From NCBI GenBank assembly GCA_049510745.1, contig JBEKYR010000004.1:32001-96000 (forward strand): DNA of 64,000 bases, given 5' to 3'. The notes below the pieces were generated by a model, which had not been told where the DNA came from, made no database searches, and saw only the letters and a list, made by a program, of their open reading frames with translations. Source of the DNA: Verrucomicrobiota bacterium (lineage in GTDB: Bacteria; Verrucomicrobiota; Verrucomicrobiia; Limisphaerales; Palsa-1400). Shown in pieces: positions 39,548 through 49,977 of the stretch; the first letter of the stretch is position 1, and each line of letters starts with the position of its first letter. The translations under genes and the position numbers were made by a program.

Positions 39548-41797
39548 TCAGTTGGCTTGCCCATGAAATGGCCGGCCTGCCTCGAATGCCGCGCGCAATC
39601 GCCCGGCTTCTGCTTCCAAGTCTCTCTGCCCTTGCGCTTTGGCCAGTTCTTCGGCCTTCCCCACCGTGGCCAGCGCCTCGGCGAATCGGCCCGCTTCGGC
39701 ATAGGCCGCCGCCAGCGTCAGCAGCATCGCCGGCCGCTTCCGGCCCGTCAGTTCGCACGCTCGCGCGGCCATCTCGACGGCCTGGCCGCCGTTGCGCAGT
39801 TCCGGCTGGCCGTCGGTGGCGGCGATCCAGGCGAGGTGCTGCAAGGCCTCCGGGAAATCCGGGTTTTGCAGCAGCGTCGCCGCATAGTGGCTCATGGCGT
39901 CGCGCGTCTGGCCCAGGTGCTCCAAGGCCAGGCCGTACTGGAATTGCGCGTTGAAATTGGCCGGCTGTGTCCGCGCCAGCGGCTTCAGAAGTTCGGCCGC
40001 TTCGGCCCACTGCTGCCGCTGGTTGAGGGCCTGCCCCAGATTATACCGGGTTTCGGCGTCGCCGGGATTGAGTTTGAGCGCCGTCCGAAGCTCCGTCACG
40101 CCGTCGGCCAGCCGTCCGGTCTGCAAGTAAGCGACGCCCAGGTTGTTATGGGCCTCCGCCAGGGTCGGGTCCAGGCGCAAGGCTTGCTCGTAATGCGCGA
40201 TGCTCTCCTGCAACCGTCCCTGCTTCATGAGCGCCATCGCCCAATCGCTCTCGGCCGGGGCCGACTCCGGGTCGGTCTTGAGGGCGGCTTGATAATGGGC
40301 CACCGCCTGGTCGAATTTGTTCTCCTTGGCCAGCAGCAGCCCGACCATGATGTGCGCCGCGTCGAAGTCCGGCCTCAGCCGCAGCGCCTTGCCGTATTCC
40401 GACATCGCGTCGGCTGTCTGCCCTTTCCTCTCCAGCGCGCGGCCGAGAAAGAAATGGGCTTCCGGGTATTCGGGTTTGCAGGCCAGCGCCTGGCGGTAGA
40501 GCCGGATGGCGTCGTCCAGTTTCCCCTTGTCCGCCTCCATGCTCCCGACCAGCGTCATCGCCAGGTAATTGTTGGAGGTGATTTCCATCGCCCGCCCGAA
40601 AAGCGTGCGCGTGTCCTTCCAATACCGAAGTTCCGCGGAAGTCGCAACCACGAGCGCCGCGCCCAACAGCGGAACCAATAGTTTGACGGCGGGCTGGCGC
40701 GCCGCCCATTGCGCTCCGCCCCAAACCACGATCACGAAGAAACCGATGGAGGGCAGGTAGAGGTAGCGGTCAGCCCATCCCTGCCCGCCCACCTGCACCA
40801 AACCAATCACCGGCACCAGCATCCCCAGGAACCACAGCCAGCCCACAGCCAGCCAAGGCCGCCGGCGCGCCCCGGCCACGGCCAGCCACGTCATCAGTGC
40901 CAGGGCGGCGCCCGCTTCCGCGCCCCAAACCATCGGCTCACGATGTTGATAGGGATAATACACCGCCAGATGCCACGGAAACACCAGCACGCGAAGGTAA
41001 TCCAGATAAGAAATCAGCGCATGAGTGATCCGCCCCGAAACTGGCAACTCCGCCGCCGTCGCGACGGCCTGGCCAATGCCTTGCGCCCAGATCGTGATCG
41101 CGCACCAAACCGCGCTCAAGGCCAGCAACGGCCATTTCTCCGCCACCAGACGCCGCCATGATGGCCAGTCCAGGCCCCGCGCGCGACGCAGCGGCCAGAA
41201 ATCCAGCAGCAACAGCACAAAGGGCAGCGTCACCGCCATCGGTTTCGCCATCAAGGCCAAGGCGAAGAGGAGAACCACCGCCCAATAGAAGAATTTGAAA
41301 TTTGAAATTCGAAATTTGAACTCCTCCACATAGCGCAGGTACGCCCCAACCGCCAGCAGACAAAAGAAGGAACTGAGCACGTCCTTGCGCTCCGCCACCC
41401 ACGCCACCGATTCGACGTGCGCCGGATGCACCGCAAAGAGCGCCGCCACGCAGGCGCTGCGCCAGACCGCCCCCGTCATGCGAGTCAACACCAGAAAAAG
41501 CAGGACGCTGTTGGCGGCGTGAAAGAGAACGCTGGTTAAATGATGGCCCCAGGGCCGCAGCCCGTAAAGCTGGCAATCGAGCATGTGGGAGAGCAGGGTC
41601 AACGGATGCCAGTTGCCCGCCGTCGTGACGCGGAACGCCCAGGCGAGGCCGTCGAGGGTCAACCCGGCCTGCACGTGCCGGTTTTCCGTCACGTAAGCCT
41701 GGTCGTCAAAGGTCAGGAATTGGCAGCGCAGGGCCGGCGCATAGAGCGCCACCGTCAGGGCCGCCAGGGCCAGGCAAATCCATAATGAACGACGCAT
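39548..41797 (-). CDS. TMTC-like multi-TM + TPR protein (GT-C-like)
   Basis: FDDQAYVTEN..WHPLT..HP..VESVAWVAERKDVL..ADRYLYLP, followed by TPR repeats. Confidence 0.85.
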   Translation of the reverse strand: MRRSLWICLALAALTVALYAPALRCQFLTFDDQAYVTENRHVQAGLTLDGLAWAFRVTTAGNWHPLTLLSHMLDCQLYGLRPWGHHLTSVLFHAANSVLLFLVLTRMTGAVWRSACVAALFAVHPAHVESVAWVAERKDVLSSFFCLLAVGAYLRYVEEFKFRISNFKFFYWAVVLLFALALMAKPMAVTLPFVLLLLDFWPLRRARGLDWPSWRRLVAEKWPLLALSAVWCAITIWAQGIGQAVATAAELPVSGRITHALISYLDYLRVLVFPWHLAVYYPYQHREPMVWGAEAGAALALMTWLAVAGARRRPWLAVGWLWFLGMLVPVIGLVQVGGQGWADRYLYLPSIGFFVIVVWGGAQWAARQPAVKLLVPLLGAALVVATSAELRYWKDTRTLFGRAMEITSNNYLAMTLVGSMEADKGKLDDAIRLYRQALACKPEYPEAHFFLGRALERKGQTADAMSEYGKALRLRPDFDAAHIMVGLLLAKENKFDQAVAHYQAALKTDPESAPAESDWAMALMKQGRLQESIAHYEQALRLDPTLAEAHNNLGVAYLQTGRLADGVTELRTALKLNPGDAETRYNLGQALNQRQQWAEAAELLKPLARTQPANFNAQFQYGLALEHLGQTRDAMSHYAATLLQNPDFPEALQHLAWIAATDGQPELRNGGQAVEMAARACELTGRKRPAMLLTLAAAYAEAGRFAEALATVGKAEELAKAQGQRDLEAEAGRLRAAFEAGRPFHGQAN

Positions 41798-41800
41798 CCT

Positions 41801-41878
41801 GATTTACGATTTACGATTCACGATTTACGAGGGGACCGCAAATGGCAATGTTGAACTTTGCACTTTGAGTTTTGAACT
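41801..41878. repeat. Two heptamer tandem tracts in the divergent intergenic region
   Basis: (GATTTAC)x4 at 41801-41830 and degenerate (TTGAACT)x4 at 41851-41878. Confidence 0.75.
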
Positions 41879-41901
41879 TCTTCACGGCATACTCTGCGGC
41901 C

Positions 41902-42855
41902 ATGAATACTGTTCACCGGGTTTTGACTTCGTTGCTGGTCTGCGTCGCGTCCTCCGCTTTTGCCTGGGGCGACCAGGGGCATCGCACCACCGGCGCCATG
42001 GCCGACACGTTGATCGCCGGCACGCCGGCCGCCCAACACGTCCACGCGCTCCTGGGCGATGAGACACTTTGCGAGGCGTCCGTCTGGGCCGACGTGGTCA
42101 AAGGCCGCAACGATCAAACGGAGGAAATGCTCCAATTCAAAGCGGCCAACCCCAATCACTTCGTCTTCCATTACACGGACATCCCGTTCGAGGAACCGAA
42201 ATACCGCGACGACTCGATCGGCGCGACCAATGTCGATGTGGTCCACGCCATTCCCGCGTGCATCTTGATTTTGCAGGGGAAACCGGAGGCGCAAACGCTC
42301 TTCACCAACGTCAGCCCGCGCGTGGCGTTGCGGCTGCTGGTGCATTACATCGGGGACATCCACCAACCGCTGCACGTCGGGGCGGGCTATCTTGACAAGA
42401 CCAAATTCGTCGATCCCAACGGCTACGCGGGCCATTACAAGGACGACCAAGGGGCGAACCGGCTGCTGTTCGGCGGCACCAACAAACTGCACTTTTACTG
42501 GGACATCACCGTGGTGCAGCGGAACATGGCCAACGCGAACGCGCCGACCCCGCAGGACTATGCCGCCAAGCTGCTCGCCAGACCCGCTCCGCCCTGGAAG
42601 ACCTCGGGGCCGTTGCTGGAGTGGGACCGGGCCTGGGCCAACGAAAGCCTCGCTCTCTCGGCCAAAGTCCACGACGTCACGGTGGTGGATGAAGATGACA
42701 GCCAGGTGGACTATCGCACCGGCCAGCCGCGCCCGCAGTGGCACATCCAGGACCTCTCCCCCGCCTACCTCGATTGGTCCTGCAAGACGGCCGAGGAGCA
42801 AATGACCAAGGCCGGCTATCGAGTGGCGGCGACGCTGGAAGCCATCTGGCCGTGA
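41902..42855 (+). CDS. S1/P1 nuclease
   Basis: Signal peptide then WGDQGH; WAD; LVHYIGDIHQPLH; LHFYWD; AGYRVA. Confidence 0.92.
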   Translation: MNTVHRVLTSLLVCVASSAFAWGDQGHRTTGAMADTLIAGTPAAQHVHALLGDETLCEASVWADVVKGRNDQTEEMLQFKAANPNHFVFHYTDIPFEEPKYRDDSIGATNVDVVHAIPACILILQGKPEAQTLFTNVSPRVALRLLVHYIGDIHQPLHVGAGYLDKTKFVDPNGYAGHYKDDQGANRLLFGGTNKLHFYWDITVVQRNMANANAPTPQDYAAKLLARPAPPWKTSGPLLEWDRAWANESLALSAKVHDVTVVDEDDSQVDYRTGQPRPQWHIQDLSPAYLDWSCKTAEEQMTKAGYRVAATLEAIWP

Positions 42856-42873
42856 GCGGGATTTCGATTTCCT

Positions 42874-43515
42874 TCAGTTAAGCGGGTGGTAATCCTTCGT
42901 CCCGCCGAGTTGTTGATATTCTCTGAGCAGGACGCTGAAACGCTCGCGCGCCTTGTTGTAGTCGCTTTGAGCCTTCTGCGCCGTTTCGTCGGCGCTTTTC
43001 ACCGCGAACGGATTGGAGTTTCCCGGAAATTGGCGGTGCGCCAGGGTGCGGCTTCGTTCCGTCGTCGCCGCCCACACGCGGGCTTGCTCGACCACGTTGA
43101 TCTGCTGGCGCACGGCTTGCTCGGCCCGCGTCAAGTCGGTCATTTTCTGCCAGGCGCCGGGGTCGGCTTGGACGATCGGCTCTTCCGGCGGGGCCGGCGA
43201 CTCGATAAACTTGGTCTTGACGTAAGCCGCCCCCGCCAGCAAGGCGCCGACGATCAAGAAGGGGACAACACACTGCGCGACGGTTTTCCAATGAGGAAAA
43301 TCGCGCAGAAACAGGAAGAGGCCATGCGGGACCCAGGCCCATTTTCTGGCCGGCTTTTGATTGACGCGCAGGGCTTGGGCGCCGCCCTTGGGCGGAAGGG
43401 CGGGGAAAGTGATGGTGTTGCCGCAAATCGGACACTGGATTTGACGGCCGCAGTATCCGGCAGTGTAATCGACATGCTGCCCGCAATACGGACAGGAATG
43501 TTTGAAAGATTCCAT
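42874..43515 (-). CDS. Hypothetical protein with N-terminal zinc ribbon and TM segment
   Basis: CPYCGQH..CPICG; hydrophobic segment; coiled-coil C-terminus. Confidence 0.7.
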   Translation of the reverse strand: MESFKHSCPYCGQHVDYTAGYCGRQIQCPICGNTITFPALPPKGGAQALRVNQKPARKWAWVPHGLFLFLRDFPHWKTVAQCVVPFLIVGALLAGAAYVKTKFIESPAPPEEPIVQADPGAWQKMTDLTRAEQAVRQQINVVEQARVWAATTERSRTLAHRQFPGNSNPFAVKSADETAQKAQSDYNKARERFSVLLREYQQLGGTKDYHPLN

Positions 43516-43528
43516 AACCGTCCTCGCA

Positions 43529-44512
43529 CTAGCGCGCAATTCTTAACCGAAAGAAGTCCAGAGCAACAGCAAAATCGGGGGGCAACGGCGCCTCGAAAAC
43601 CAGGCGCTGCCCCGTGCGGGGGTGAACCAGCGCCAGCCGCCGGGCATGGAGCAACTGCCGCGGCGCCGCATAACCGGTCGATTCTTTGAGCAGCGCATTG
43701 GCGCGCCGGCCATAAACAAGGTCTCCCACGACCGGGAATCCCAGGTGCCGCAAGTGGACGCGGACCTGGTGCGTCCGCCCGGTATGCAACCCCACTTCCA
43801 CCCAGCTTGCCTCGCGCCACCGCTCCAGGACGCGGTAGCTGCTGCGGGCTTCGCGTCCCGCCGCGACGGCGACGGCCATGCGTTTGCGCTGTGTCGGATG
43901 GCGGGCGATGGCGGCGTCGATCAGGCCGGTTTCGGGCGTCATGCGGCCGCACGCGATGGCGTGATAGACCTTCTCGACCTGGCGGCCGGCGAATTGGGCG
44001 CTGAGGTGGTGGTGAACAAAATCGTTTTTGGCCGCCACCAGGCAGCCGGTGGTGTCTTTGTCCAAACGATGGACCAAGCCGGGCCGGGCCACGCCGCCCA
44101 CGCCGCTGAGGCGGCCGGCGCAATGATGGAGCAAGGCGTTGACCAGGGTGTGCTCGTGATGGCCGGCGGCGGGATGCACGACCAGTCCCGCCGGTTTGTT
44201 CAGCACCACCATATCGTCGTCCTCGTAAAGGATGTCCAGCGGGATGTCCTCGGCCTGGGCCAAGGCGGGACGGGCCTCCGGCCATTGCAGGGTGAGGGTT
44301 TCGCCGGCGCGGGGATGGTGGGTGGGTTTGACAATGCGGCCATCGACGCGGATGGCGCCCTGGGCCAGGAGGCGCTGGAGGGCGGCGCGGGAAACGGCGG
44401 GCAGGCGGCGGCGGAGAAAGACATCCAACCGTTCCTGGGGAAGCGATTTGTCAATTATTATTTGTTGGGGAAGGTTCGTGGGGGCGCGCACTTTCTTGAG
44501 TAATTGCGCCAT
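43529..44512 (-). CDS. rluD: RluA/RluD-family pseudouridine synthase
   Basis: S4 domain RLDVFL; NKPAGLVVHP; VHRLDKDTTG; TGRTHQVRVH. Confidence 0.9.
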   Translation of the reverse strand: MAQLLKKVRAPTNLPQQIIIDKSLPQERLDVFLRRRLPAVSRAALQRLLAQGAIRVDGRIVKPTHHPRAGETLTLQWPEARPALAQAEDIPLDILYEDDDMVVLNKPAGLVVHPAAGHHEHTLVNALLHHCAGRLSGVGGVARPGLVHRLDKDTTGCLVAAKNDFVHHHLSAQFAGRQVEKVYHAIACGRMTPETGLIDAAIARHPTQRKRMAVAVAAGREARSSYRVLERWREASWVEVGLHTGRTHQVRVHLRHLGFPVVGDLVYGRRANALLKESTGYAAPRQLLHARRLALVHPRTGQRLVFEAPLPPDFAVALDFFRLRIAR

Positions 44513-44517
44513 CCGCC

Positions 44518-45033
44518 TCAGGCCGCCACCTTCGCCCCGCCGCTGCGGGCGCCTTGGGACTCCTGTTTCCAGGAAATCAGGAGGAGCAATCCGACACCGA
44601 CGCAAATGGCGCTGTCGGCGATGTTAAAGGCCGGGAACCCAATCTCCGCGCCGCTGCGGCGCTGGAGATAAAAACGGAGAAAGTCGATGACTTGATGGTA
44701 ATGCAACCGGTCGAAGAGGTTGCCGGCGATGCCGCCAAAAATGAGGCCCAGCGAAATCTGGCCCGAAAGGGTCTGAATGTAGAAATGGTGGCGCCACAAG
44801 AACAGGCCGAGCAAGGCGAGGAGGGAAACGATGGCCAGGAGATCGTTGCGGTCGCGAAACAGGCTCCAGGCGGCGCCGGTGTTGGTCCAGTGGACGAATT
44901 TGAAAAAGCCGTTGATCATGACCCGCTCCTGGGTCGGCCCGAGAAAGCGCAGCACCACCCATTTGGCGGCTTGGTCGAGCACAAAAACCGCCAGGGCGAT
45001 TCCCCCCAGGCGGCGATTCGGAGTCCAGTTCAT
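44518..45033 (-). CDS. lspA: Lipoprotein signal peptidase
   Basis: NTGAAWSL, GNLFDR, VIDFL, PAFNIADSAI. Confidence 0.95.
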   Translation of the reverse strand: MNWTPNRRLGGIALAVFVLDQAAKWVVLRFLGPTQERVMINGFFKFVHWTNTGAAWSLFRDRNDLLAIVSLLALLGLFLWRHHFYIQTLSGQISLGLIFGGIAGNLFDRLHYHQVIDFLRFYLQRRSGAEIGFPAFNIADSAICVGVGLLLLISWKQESQGARSGGAKVAA

Positions 45034-45701
45034 CGTTTGTAAATCACCCGGGTTGCGGCCAGCAGATCGTGCAACGCCCGCTTGTCCGGTCGCAGGGCGA
45101 TGAGAAGGTAGCCGAAGCCGAATGTCAGATCGCTCAAGCGCGCCGCCAGCCAGCGGAGCAAGGCGCGGGTGTAGCCGATGGGCGAGCCGTCCTCCAGCGT
45201 GACGCGGGCGCCCACCGCCATCTTGCCAATCGTGGCCCCGTAGCGCCCGGTGAGCAGAACTTCATAAAGCAAAAACACCGGATACAGCACCGGCGCCGCC
45301 TGGTCCATCCAGACCGCCAGTTGCTGGCGGAATTGCTCCACCGCGGCGTCGGTCAGTTCCTGCGGGAAAACGGGCAGCGTCCAATGGTGCGCCTGGGCGA
45401 TGGGGGTCCAAATGACGAAGAAGATCGCGCCCCAGATCAACTGGTCCAGGATGCGGGCCGCCAGCCTTGCCCAAAACCCGCATGGCCGGACGCCTTGCGC
45501 CGCGGCGGCGGCCTGCAAACGCGCCAAATCCGCCCGCAACTCGGTATAGCGGTCGGCCTGCGCCCAGGCGGCCAAGTCGCTGCGCCAGACCCGGCTCATC
45601 CAGGCGACGCGCCCGTCACGAATCCAGCCTTTCACTTCGTCCAGCGTGGCCGGGCCGTATTCGGCGCCGTCGCCGCCGATTATTTTATAGTGTACGTCCA
45701 T
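45030..45701 (-). CDS. RDD-family protein with N-terminal GYF_2-like domain
   Basis: YKIIGGDGAEYGP..WIRDGR; GFWARLAARILD..TIGK..RALHDLLAATRV. Confidence 0.85.
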   Translation of the reverse strand: MDVHYKIIGGDGAEYGPATLDEVKGWIRDGRVAWMSRVWRSDLAAWAQADRYTELRADLARLQAAAAAQGVRPCGFWARLAARILDQLIWGAIFFVIWTPIAQAHHWTLPVFPQELTDAAVEQFRQQLAVWMDQAAPVLYPVFLLYEVLLTGRYGATIGKMAVGARVTLEDGSPIGYTRALLRWLAARLSDLTFGFGYLLIALRPDKRALHDLLAATRVIYKR

Positions 45702-45726
45702 GGCGCAAAGGGGCAAAGGAGGCGTC

Positions 45727-46113
45727 TCACGGGGCGATTTGCCCGGCATAGGCTTGCGGGCTGAGCAAACGGTCCAGTTCCGCCGGCTGCGCCAGTTTCA
45801 ATTTGAAAAACCACCCGGCCTGGTAAGGATCGCGGTTGACCAGTTCGGGATGCCGCGCCAGTTCCTGGTTCACGGCCACGACTTCGCCGCCGACCGGCGC
45901 GTAAATATCGCTGGCCGTCTTGACCGATTCCACCACCGCGCAGGCTTCGCCGGCCTTGAACGTGCGCCCGACGGCGGGCAACTCGACAAAGACCACATCG
46001 GTCAATTCGCGCTGGGCGTGATCAGTGATGCCGATGGCGGCGGTTTCGCCTTCGAGGCGGACCCATTCGTGGGATTTGGTGTATTTCAAATCAGCCGGAA
46101 TATTTTCGCTCAT
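45727..46113 (-). CDS. gcvH: Glycine cleavage system H protein
   Basis: [23 protein letters not shown]. Confidence 0.97.
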   Translation of the reverse strand: MSENIPADLKYTKSHEWVRLEGETAAIGITDHAQRELTDVVFVELPAVGRTFKAGEACAVVESVKTASDIYAPVGGEVVAVNQELARHPELVNRDPYQAGWFFKLKLAQPAELDRLLSPQAYAGQIAP

Positions 46114-46178
46114 ATTTTTCGGCCCTAGCTTATGCGATTAAAACCGCTTGGAAATCTTTTTTAAACGCGCGGCCCTGC

Positions 46179-46490
46179 TCAGGCCCCAGGCGGACGGAAG
46201 GGAATCCGATCTCTCCAGTAGCCGGGTTCACGGCTCAAGTGCATCACGGCCACGATAAGGACATATCCCTCCTCGATTGTATAGAGAACGCCATAAGGAA
46301 ACCGATGCACCAAGCATCGGCGGATATCGTCTTCCAGACAACGCCATCGATCCGGCGCCTGTAGGATCCGCGCGATTGCCGCGTCCACTTCCTTTGTGAA
46401 ATCAGCCCCAAGACCGGGCACGCGTTCATCGTAATGCAGAGCGGCATCGGCATACTCGCCGAGGGCGCCGGGGTGGTAGATGAACCTCAT
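46179..46490 (-). CDS. RelE/ParE-family toxin
   Basis: HPGA..EY..RRCLVHRFPYGVLY..IVAVMHLSREPGYW. Confidence 0.88.
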   Translation of the reverse strand: MRFIYHPGALGEYADAALHYDERVPGLGADFTKEVDAAIARILQAPDRWRCLEDDIRRCLVHRFPYGVLYTIEEGYVLIVAVMHLSREPGYWRDRIPFRPPGA

Positions 46491-46720
46491 CCGCCAACCA
46501 GCTTTCGAACCATCGCCGAACCCTCCTCACCGGGAATCCCAGCCACCGCGCCTGAGCGAATCTCATCACGCCGTTTCCTGGCCAAGGCGAGCCATGCTGT
46601 CTGCGCCGCTGCGTCCTGCGGGACGGCCAGACTTTCCACCAGCCTCTCGGCCAATTCTGCCCGCTCATTATCTGCCAACGCCATCGCCTGCGCCTCAATT
46701 TGGTCAAAAGTGTTCGCCAT
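46487..46720 (-). CDS. Addiction-module antitoxin
   Basis: AMALADNERAELAERLVESL..AW..RRDEIRSG..IPGEE; ATGA overlap with the toxin. Confidence 0.85.
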   Translation of the reverse strand: MANTFDQIEAQAMALADNERAELAERLVESLAVPQDAAAQTAWLALARKRRDEIRSGAVAGIPGEEGSAMVRKLVGG

Positions 46721-46785
46721 ACCGGTAATTTACTGCCGGAACGAAGGACTGTAAAACCGAAAAGAACGGAAACTCAAAACAACCC

Positions 46786-47925
46786 CTAGCCCGAAGCGCC
46801 GGCGCGGGCCGGCCGATAGATTGGCCGCGAGACGATGACGGCAGGAACACGCTGGCTGCGGATTTCAATGGCAATGGCGGTGTTGGCTGGAGAGAATGCC
46901 GGAGCCACGTATCCCATTCCGATGCCCAAGCCGAGGGACGGACTTTGCGTGCCGCTGGTCACGCGCCCAATCGGCGCGGTCCCGCCCGACGCGCTCCAGA
47001 TGGGATACTGCGGCCGGGGCGGAGCGGAGCGCCCGGCCATTTTGAAGGCGGCCAGTTTTTTGGCGGGGCCTCTGGCCTTTTGCTCCGCCAACACAGCCCG
47101 CCCGACGAAGTCGCCTTTGCCAAGGGCAACGAAGAAGCCCAAACCCGCTTCCAGCGGCGTGGTCTCTTCGTCCAGTTCATGCCCGTAAAGCGGATAGCAA
47201 GCTTCGGTGCGCAGCGTGTCGCGCGCCCCAAGGCCGGCGGGTTTGAGGCCGAAGGGGCGGCCCGCCTCCAACAGGGTGTTCCACAGGGTTTCGATCGTTT
47301 CCGCCGGGGCCACCGCCTCGAACCCATCCTCGCCGGTGTAGCCGGTGCGCGAAAGCAGGACGCTTTGGCCGGCGAAGCTCAGGCGGGTGATTTCATTTTT
47401 CCGCAAGGCCGACGCCGTTGGCGAGGCCGCCGGAAAGCAACTGTCAATAAAACTGTGCGCCCGCGGCCCCTGCACGGCCACGGCAGCAAGTTCCTCCGAG
47501 CGGTTTTGCAGTGCGACCGCCCGCCGGCCGGCAAAGCCCGCCCACTGGCTCTCCAGCCACGCCACATCGGCCTGGAGGCGCGAGGCGTTGACCACCAGCA
47601 AATAATCCCCGGCGCCAAGCTGGTAAAGGTAAAGATCGTCGATGGCGCCGCCGCGCGGATTGCACAGCAAGGTGTATTGGCCCTGGCCGGGCTGCAATTT
47701 GCGCGCGTCATTAGTCAGGACGGAGTTGAGGAAATCCAGGGCGCCGGCGCCGCGGACGGAGACCTCGCCCATGTGCGAAATGTCAAAAATCCCGGCGGTC
47801 GAGCGGACCGCCCGGTGCTCCTCGAGGATGCTCGTGTAGCAGAGCGGCATTTCCCAGCCGCCAAACTCCACCAGGTGCGCTCCCAGTTTTTGGTGGACGG
47901 AATAGAGGGGAGTTCTTTTGAGCAT
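46786..47925 (-). CDS. gcvT: Glycine cleavage system aminomethyltransferase T
   Basis: LKRTPLY..FGGWEMP..FDISHMG..SRTGYTGEDGFE..GLGARDTLRTEA. Confidence 0.97.
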   Translation of the reverse strand: MLKRTPLYSVHQKLGAHLVEFGGWEMPLCYTSILEEHRAVRSTAGIFDISHMGEVSVRGAGALDFLNSVLTNDARKLQPGQGQYTLLCNPRGGAIDDLYLYQLGAGDYLLVVNASRLQADVAWLESQWAGFAGRRAVALQNRSEELAAVAVQGPRAHSFIDSCFPAASPTASALRKNEITRLSFAGQSVLLSRTGYTGEDGFEAVAPAETIETLWNTLLEAGRPFGLKPAGLGARDTLRTEACYPLYGHELDEETTPLEAGLGFFVALGKGDFVGRAVLAEQKARGPAKKLAAFKMAGRSAPPRPQYPIWSASGGTAPIGRVTSGTQSPSLGLGIGMGYVAPAFSPANTAIAIEIRSQRVPAVIVSRPIYRPARAGASG

Positions 47926-47936
47926 AAATCGGTTTT

Positions 47937-48653
47937 CTATCCCCACTTCTCGGTCTTCATCTGTTCCTTGGAGACGCGCAGTTCTTCCAGCACCAGGTTT
48001 TCGGTCGCCTCGACCAGCGGGTTCGGCCCGCAAGCGTAGAAGACGGTCTGGGAAAGGTCGGTCACGTGCTGGCGGATCCAGGGGGCATCGATGCGTCCGC
48101 GGCGTCCGGCCCACGGATCGTCCGGGGCCAGGCGGGTGCAGGTGACCAGGAATTTGAAATGGGGATTCTCCTGTTCCAACTGGCGGAATTCCGGTCCGAA
48201 GATGATGTCGCATGCCGTGCGCACACTGTAAAGCACGGTGATTTTCGTGGCGAGCCGGCGGCGCGCCGCCTCGCGCGCGAATGCGCGGAAGGGCGTCACG
48301 CCCGAACCGCCGGCGATGCAGACCAGGTGCTTGTCCGGCTCGAAGACAGGCAGAAACCTGCCCGTGGGCGGGATGACCCAAAGCCGGTCGCCGGGTTTGA
48401 CCCAATCGACGATGCGGGTGCCCATTTTGCCGTCGCGCTTGATGGTCACTTCGTAAAAGCCGCGGTCGAGGCAGGAGGAGGAGAGGGAATAGGCGCGTTT
48501 GTAGGAGGGGGCGTCGGCGAAGTAAAGGGTGATGAACTGGCCGGTTTTGAATTCGACATCATACCCCTCCGGCCACTTCAACTTCAAAGTCTTGGTGTCC
48601 GGCAACTCCATCGTGGCCGCCTCGACGGCCATTTCAACAATCTGTTTGCCCAT
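47937..48653 (-). CDS. FNR-like FAD/NAD(P)-binding oxidoreductase
   Basis: FKTGQF, RAYSLSS, IAGGSGVTPF, YACGP, terminal EKWG. Confidence 0.9.
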   Translation of the reverse strand: MGKQIVEMAVEAATMELPDTKTLKLKWPEGYDVEFKTGQFITLYFADAPSYKRAYSLSSSCLDRGFYEVTIKRDGKMGTRIVDWVKPGDRLWVIPPTGRFLPVFEPDKHLVCIAGGSGVTPFRAFAREAARRRLATKITVLYSVRTACDIIFGPEFRQLEQENPHFKFLVTCTRLAPDDPWAGRRGRIDAPWIRQHVTDLSQTVFYACGPNPLVEATENLVLEELRVSKEQMKTEKWG

Positions 48654-49034
48654 ACCAGGTTGCCATTTTCATCAAGCGCACAAAGGTAAGGCGCGCCACT
48701 CATTCGTAAAGGATTTTTCGGCGGCGGTTCAAACCGGCAAAACTTTCCCCATGCTTGACCGGGCCGCCAGATCAAGCCCGCAGCAGGGATCGTGCCAATC
48801 ACAGGCACCTGTTTTGGTTATAGTCATCCGGGCACTATCCTATTGCAACCTCCCGCCAAGAGGCGCATATTGTGTCCATGCCCGTCAATTGCGGAACGGA
48901 GGTTCTATCGGCGGCGCGAGCGCCATTGCGCCGGCGGGGTCGTCTGCCCAACGCTTCCGACTGTGGGGACGGGCTTTGTCGTCAGTTTAAATGACGTGAC
49001 ATTGGAGCATCGCAGACCTATCTTATTTAAGAAT

Positions 49035-49952
49035 ATGAACCCAAAAATGACGCCTCATGATGAGCGACCGGTCGGATTCACCCTTATCGAGTTGCTGGTT
49101 GTAATCGCCATCATCGCCATCCTTGCCGCCCTTTTGCTGCCGGCCCTGTCTATCGCGAAGGACAACGCTGTGAAAACGACGTGTACCAATAATCAAAAAC
49201 AAATGGGAACCGCCAACCGGATGTATTGCGATGATAACCGCGATTTTCTGGCCTTTAATAATTGGGACGACGCGGGAAACGCCGGCGCGGACCAGCCGGG
49301 CGGAGGCTGGCTTTATACGCTTAAAAACTGGGCAAACAGCACTACATATCCCATGCCGGATCCGTTTATGGCCCCGTGGTTAGCTTCCCCGGAGACGGCT
49401 TGGGCGGGCGGAATGAATGGCCAGCCAGGCGGACTTTGGTTCAACTACACTCATAACCCGAACTCCTACCTTTGCCCGAAGGATATTATGAGCAGCGATT
49501 ACGCAAAAGAGCCGAAAGGCGACAACGGACCCGGGCGGAATAACAAGCTTTCGAGCTATGTACAGAACGGCGCGGTGTGCGGTTTCGCGGAGGCCTCGGC
49601 GGCCACCACGGTACCCTACAACACTTGCAAAAGCACCCAGGTTTGGAGTCCGTTGTGTTATTTGATGTGGGAACCGGATGAGAACACCTTGGGTCCTGGG
49701 AATCCAGGGCCGCATGAATTCAACGATGGCGCAAATTTCCCGTCCGCGCCGCCTTATGGCGAAGAAGGAATCGGCCCGCTCCACACCAAAAAATGCGGAA
49801 ATATTCTCGCTTTGGATGGCCACGTGGATTTCATGGCGACAAACGTGTTCAACAGGATTGCCAACAATCGTGGCCCCGGGCCTGGCGGGAAAGGATTGCT
49901 TTGGTGGAGTCCTTGGCAGGGCGATGGCGGGTTTTCGGAAAGTGGTGAGTAA
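49035..49952 (+). CDS. Prepilin-type/H-X9-DG protein, tandem paralog 1
   Basis: [42 protein letters not shown]. Confidence 0.9.
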   Translation: MNPKMTPHDERPVGFTLIELLVVIAIIAILAALLLPALSIAKDNAVKTTCTNNQKQMGTANRMYCDDNRDFLAFNNWDDAGNAGADQPGGGWLYTLKNWANSTTYPMPDPFMAPWLASPETAWAGGMNGQPGGLWFNYTHNPNSYLCPKDIMSSDYAKEPKGDNGPGRNNKLSSYVQNGAVCGFAEASAATTVPYNTCKSTQVWSPLCYLMWEPDENTLGPGNPGPHEFNDGANFPSAPPYGEEGIGPLHTKKCGNILALDGHVDFMATNVFNRIANNRGPGPGGKGLLWWSPWQGDGGFSESGE

Positions 49953-49977
49953 GAGGCCCTATATGTTGCTTAAGAAT

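Noticed and set aside
46123..46790. 7-bp match ccctagc on both sides of the ParE-type TA as a TSD
   Set aside because: Too short and not clearly at the cassette boundaries; compatible with chance.
47926..48790. Glycine riboswitch upstream of gcvT
   Set aside because: gcvT directly follows an oxidoreductase gene and I could not see the aptamer consensus upstream.
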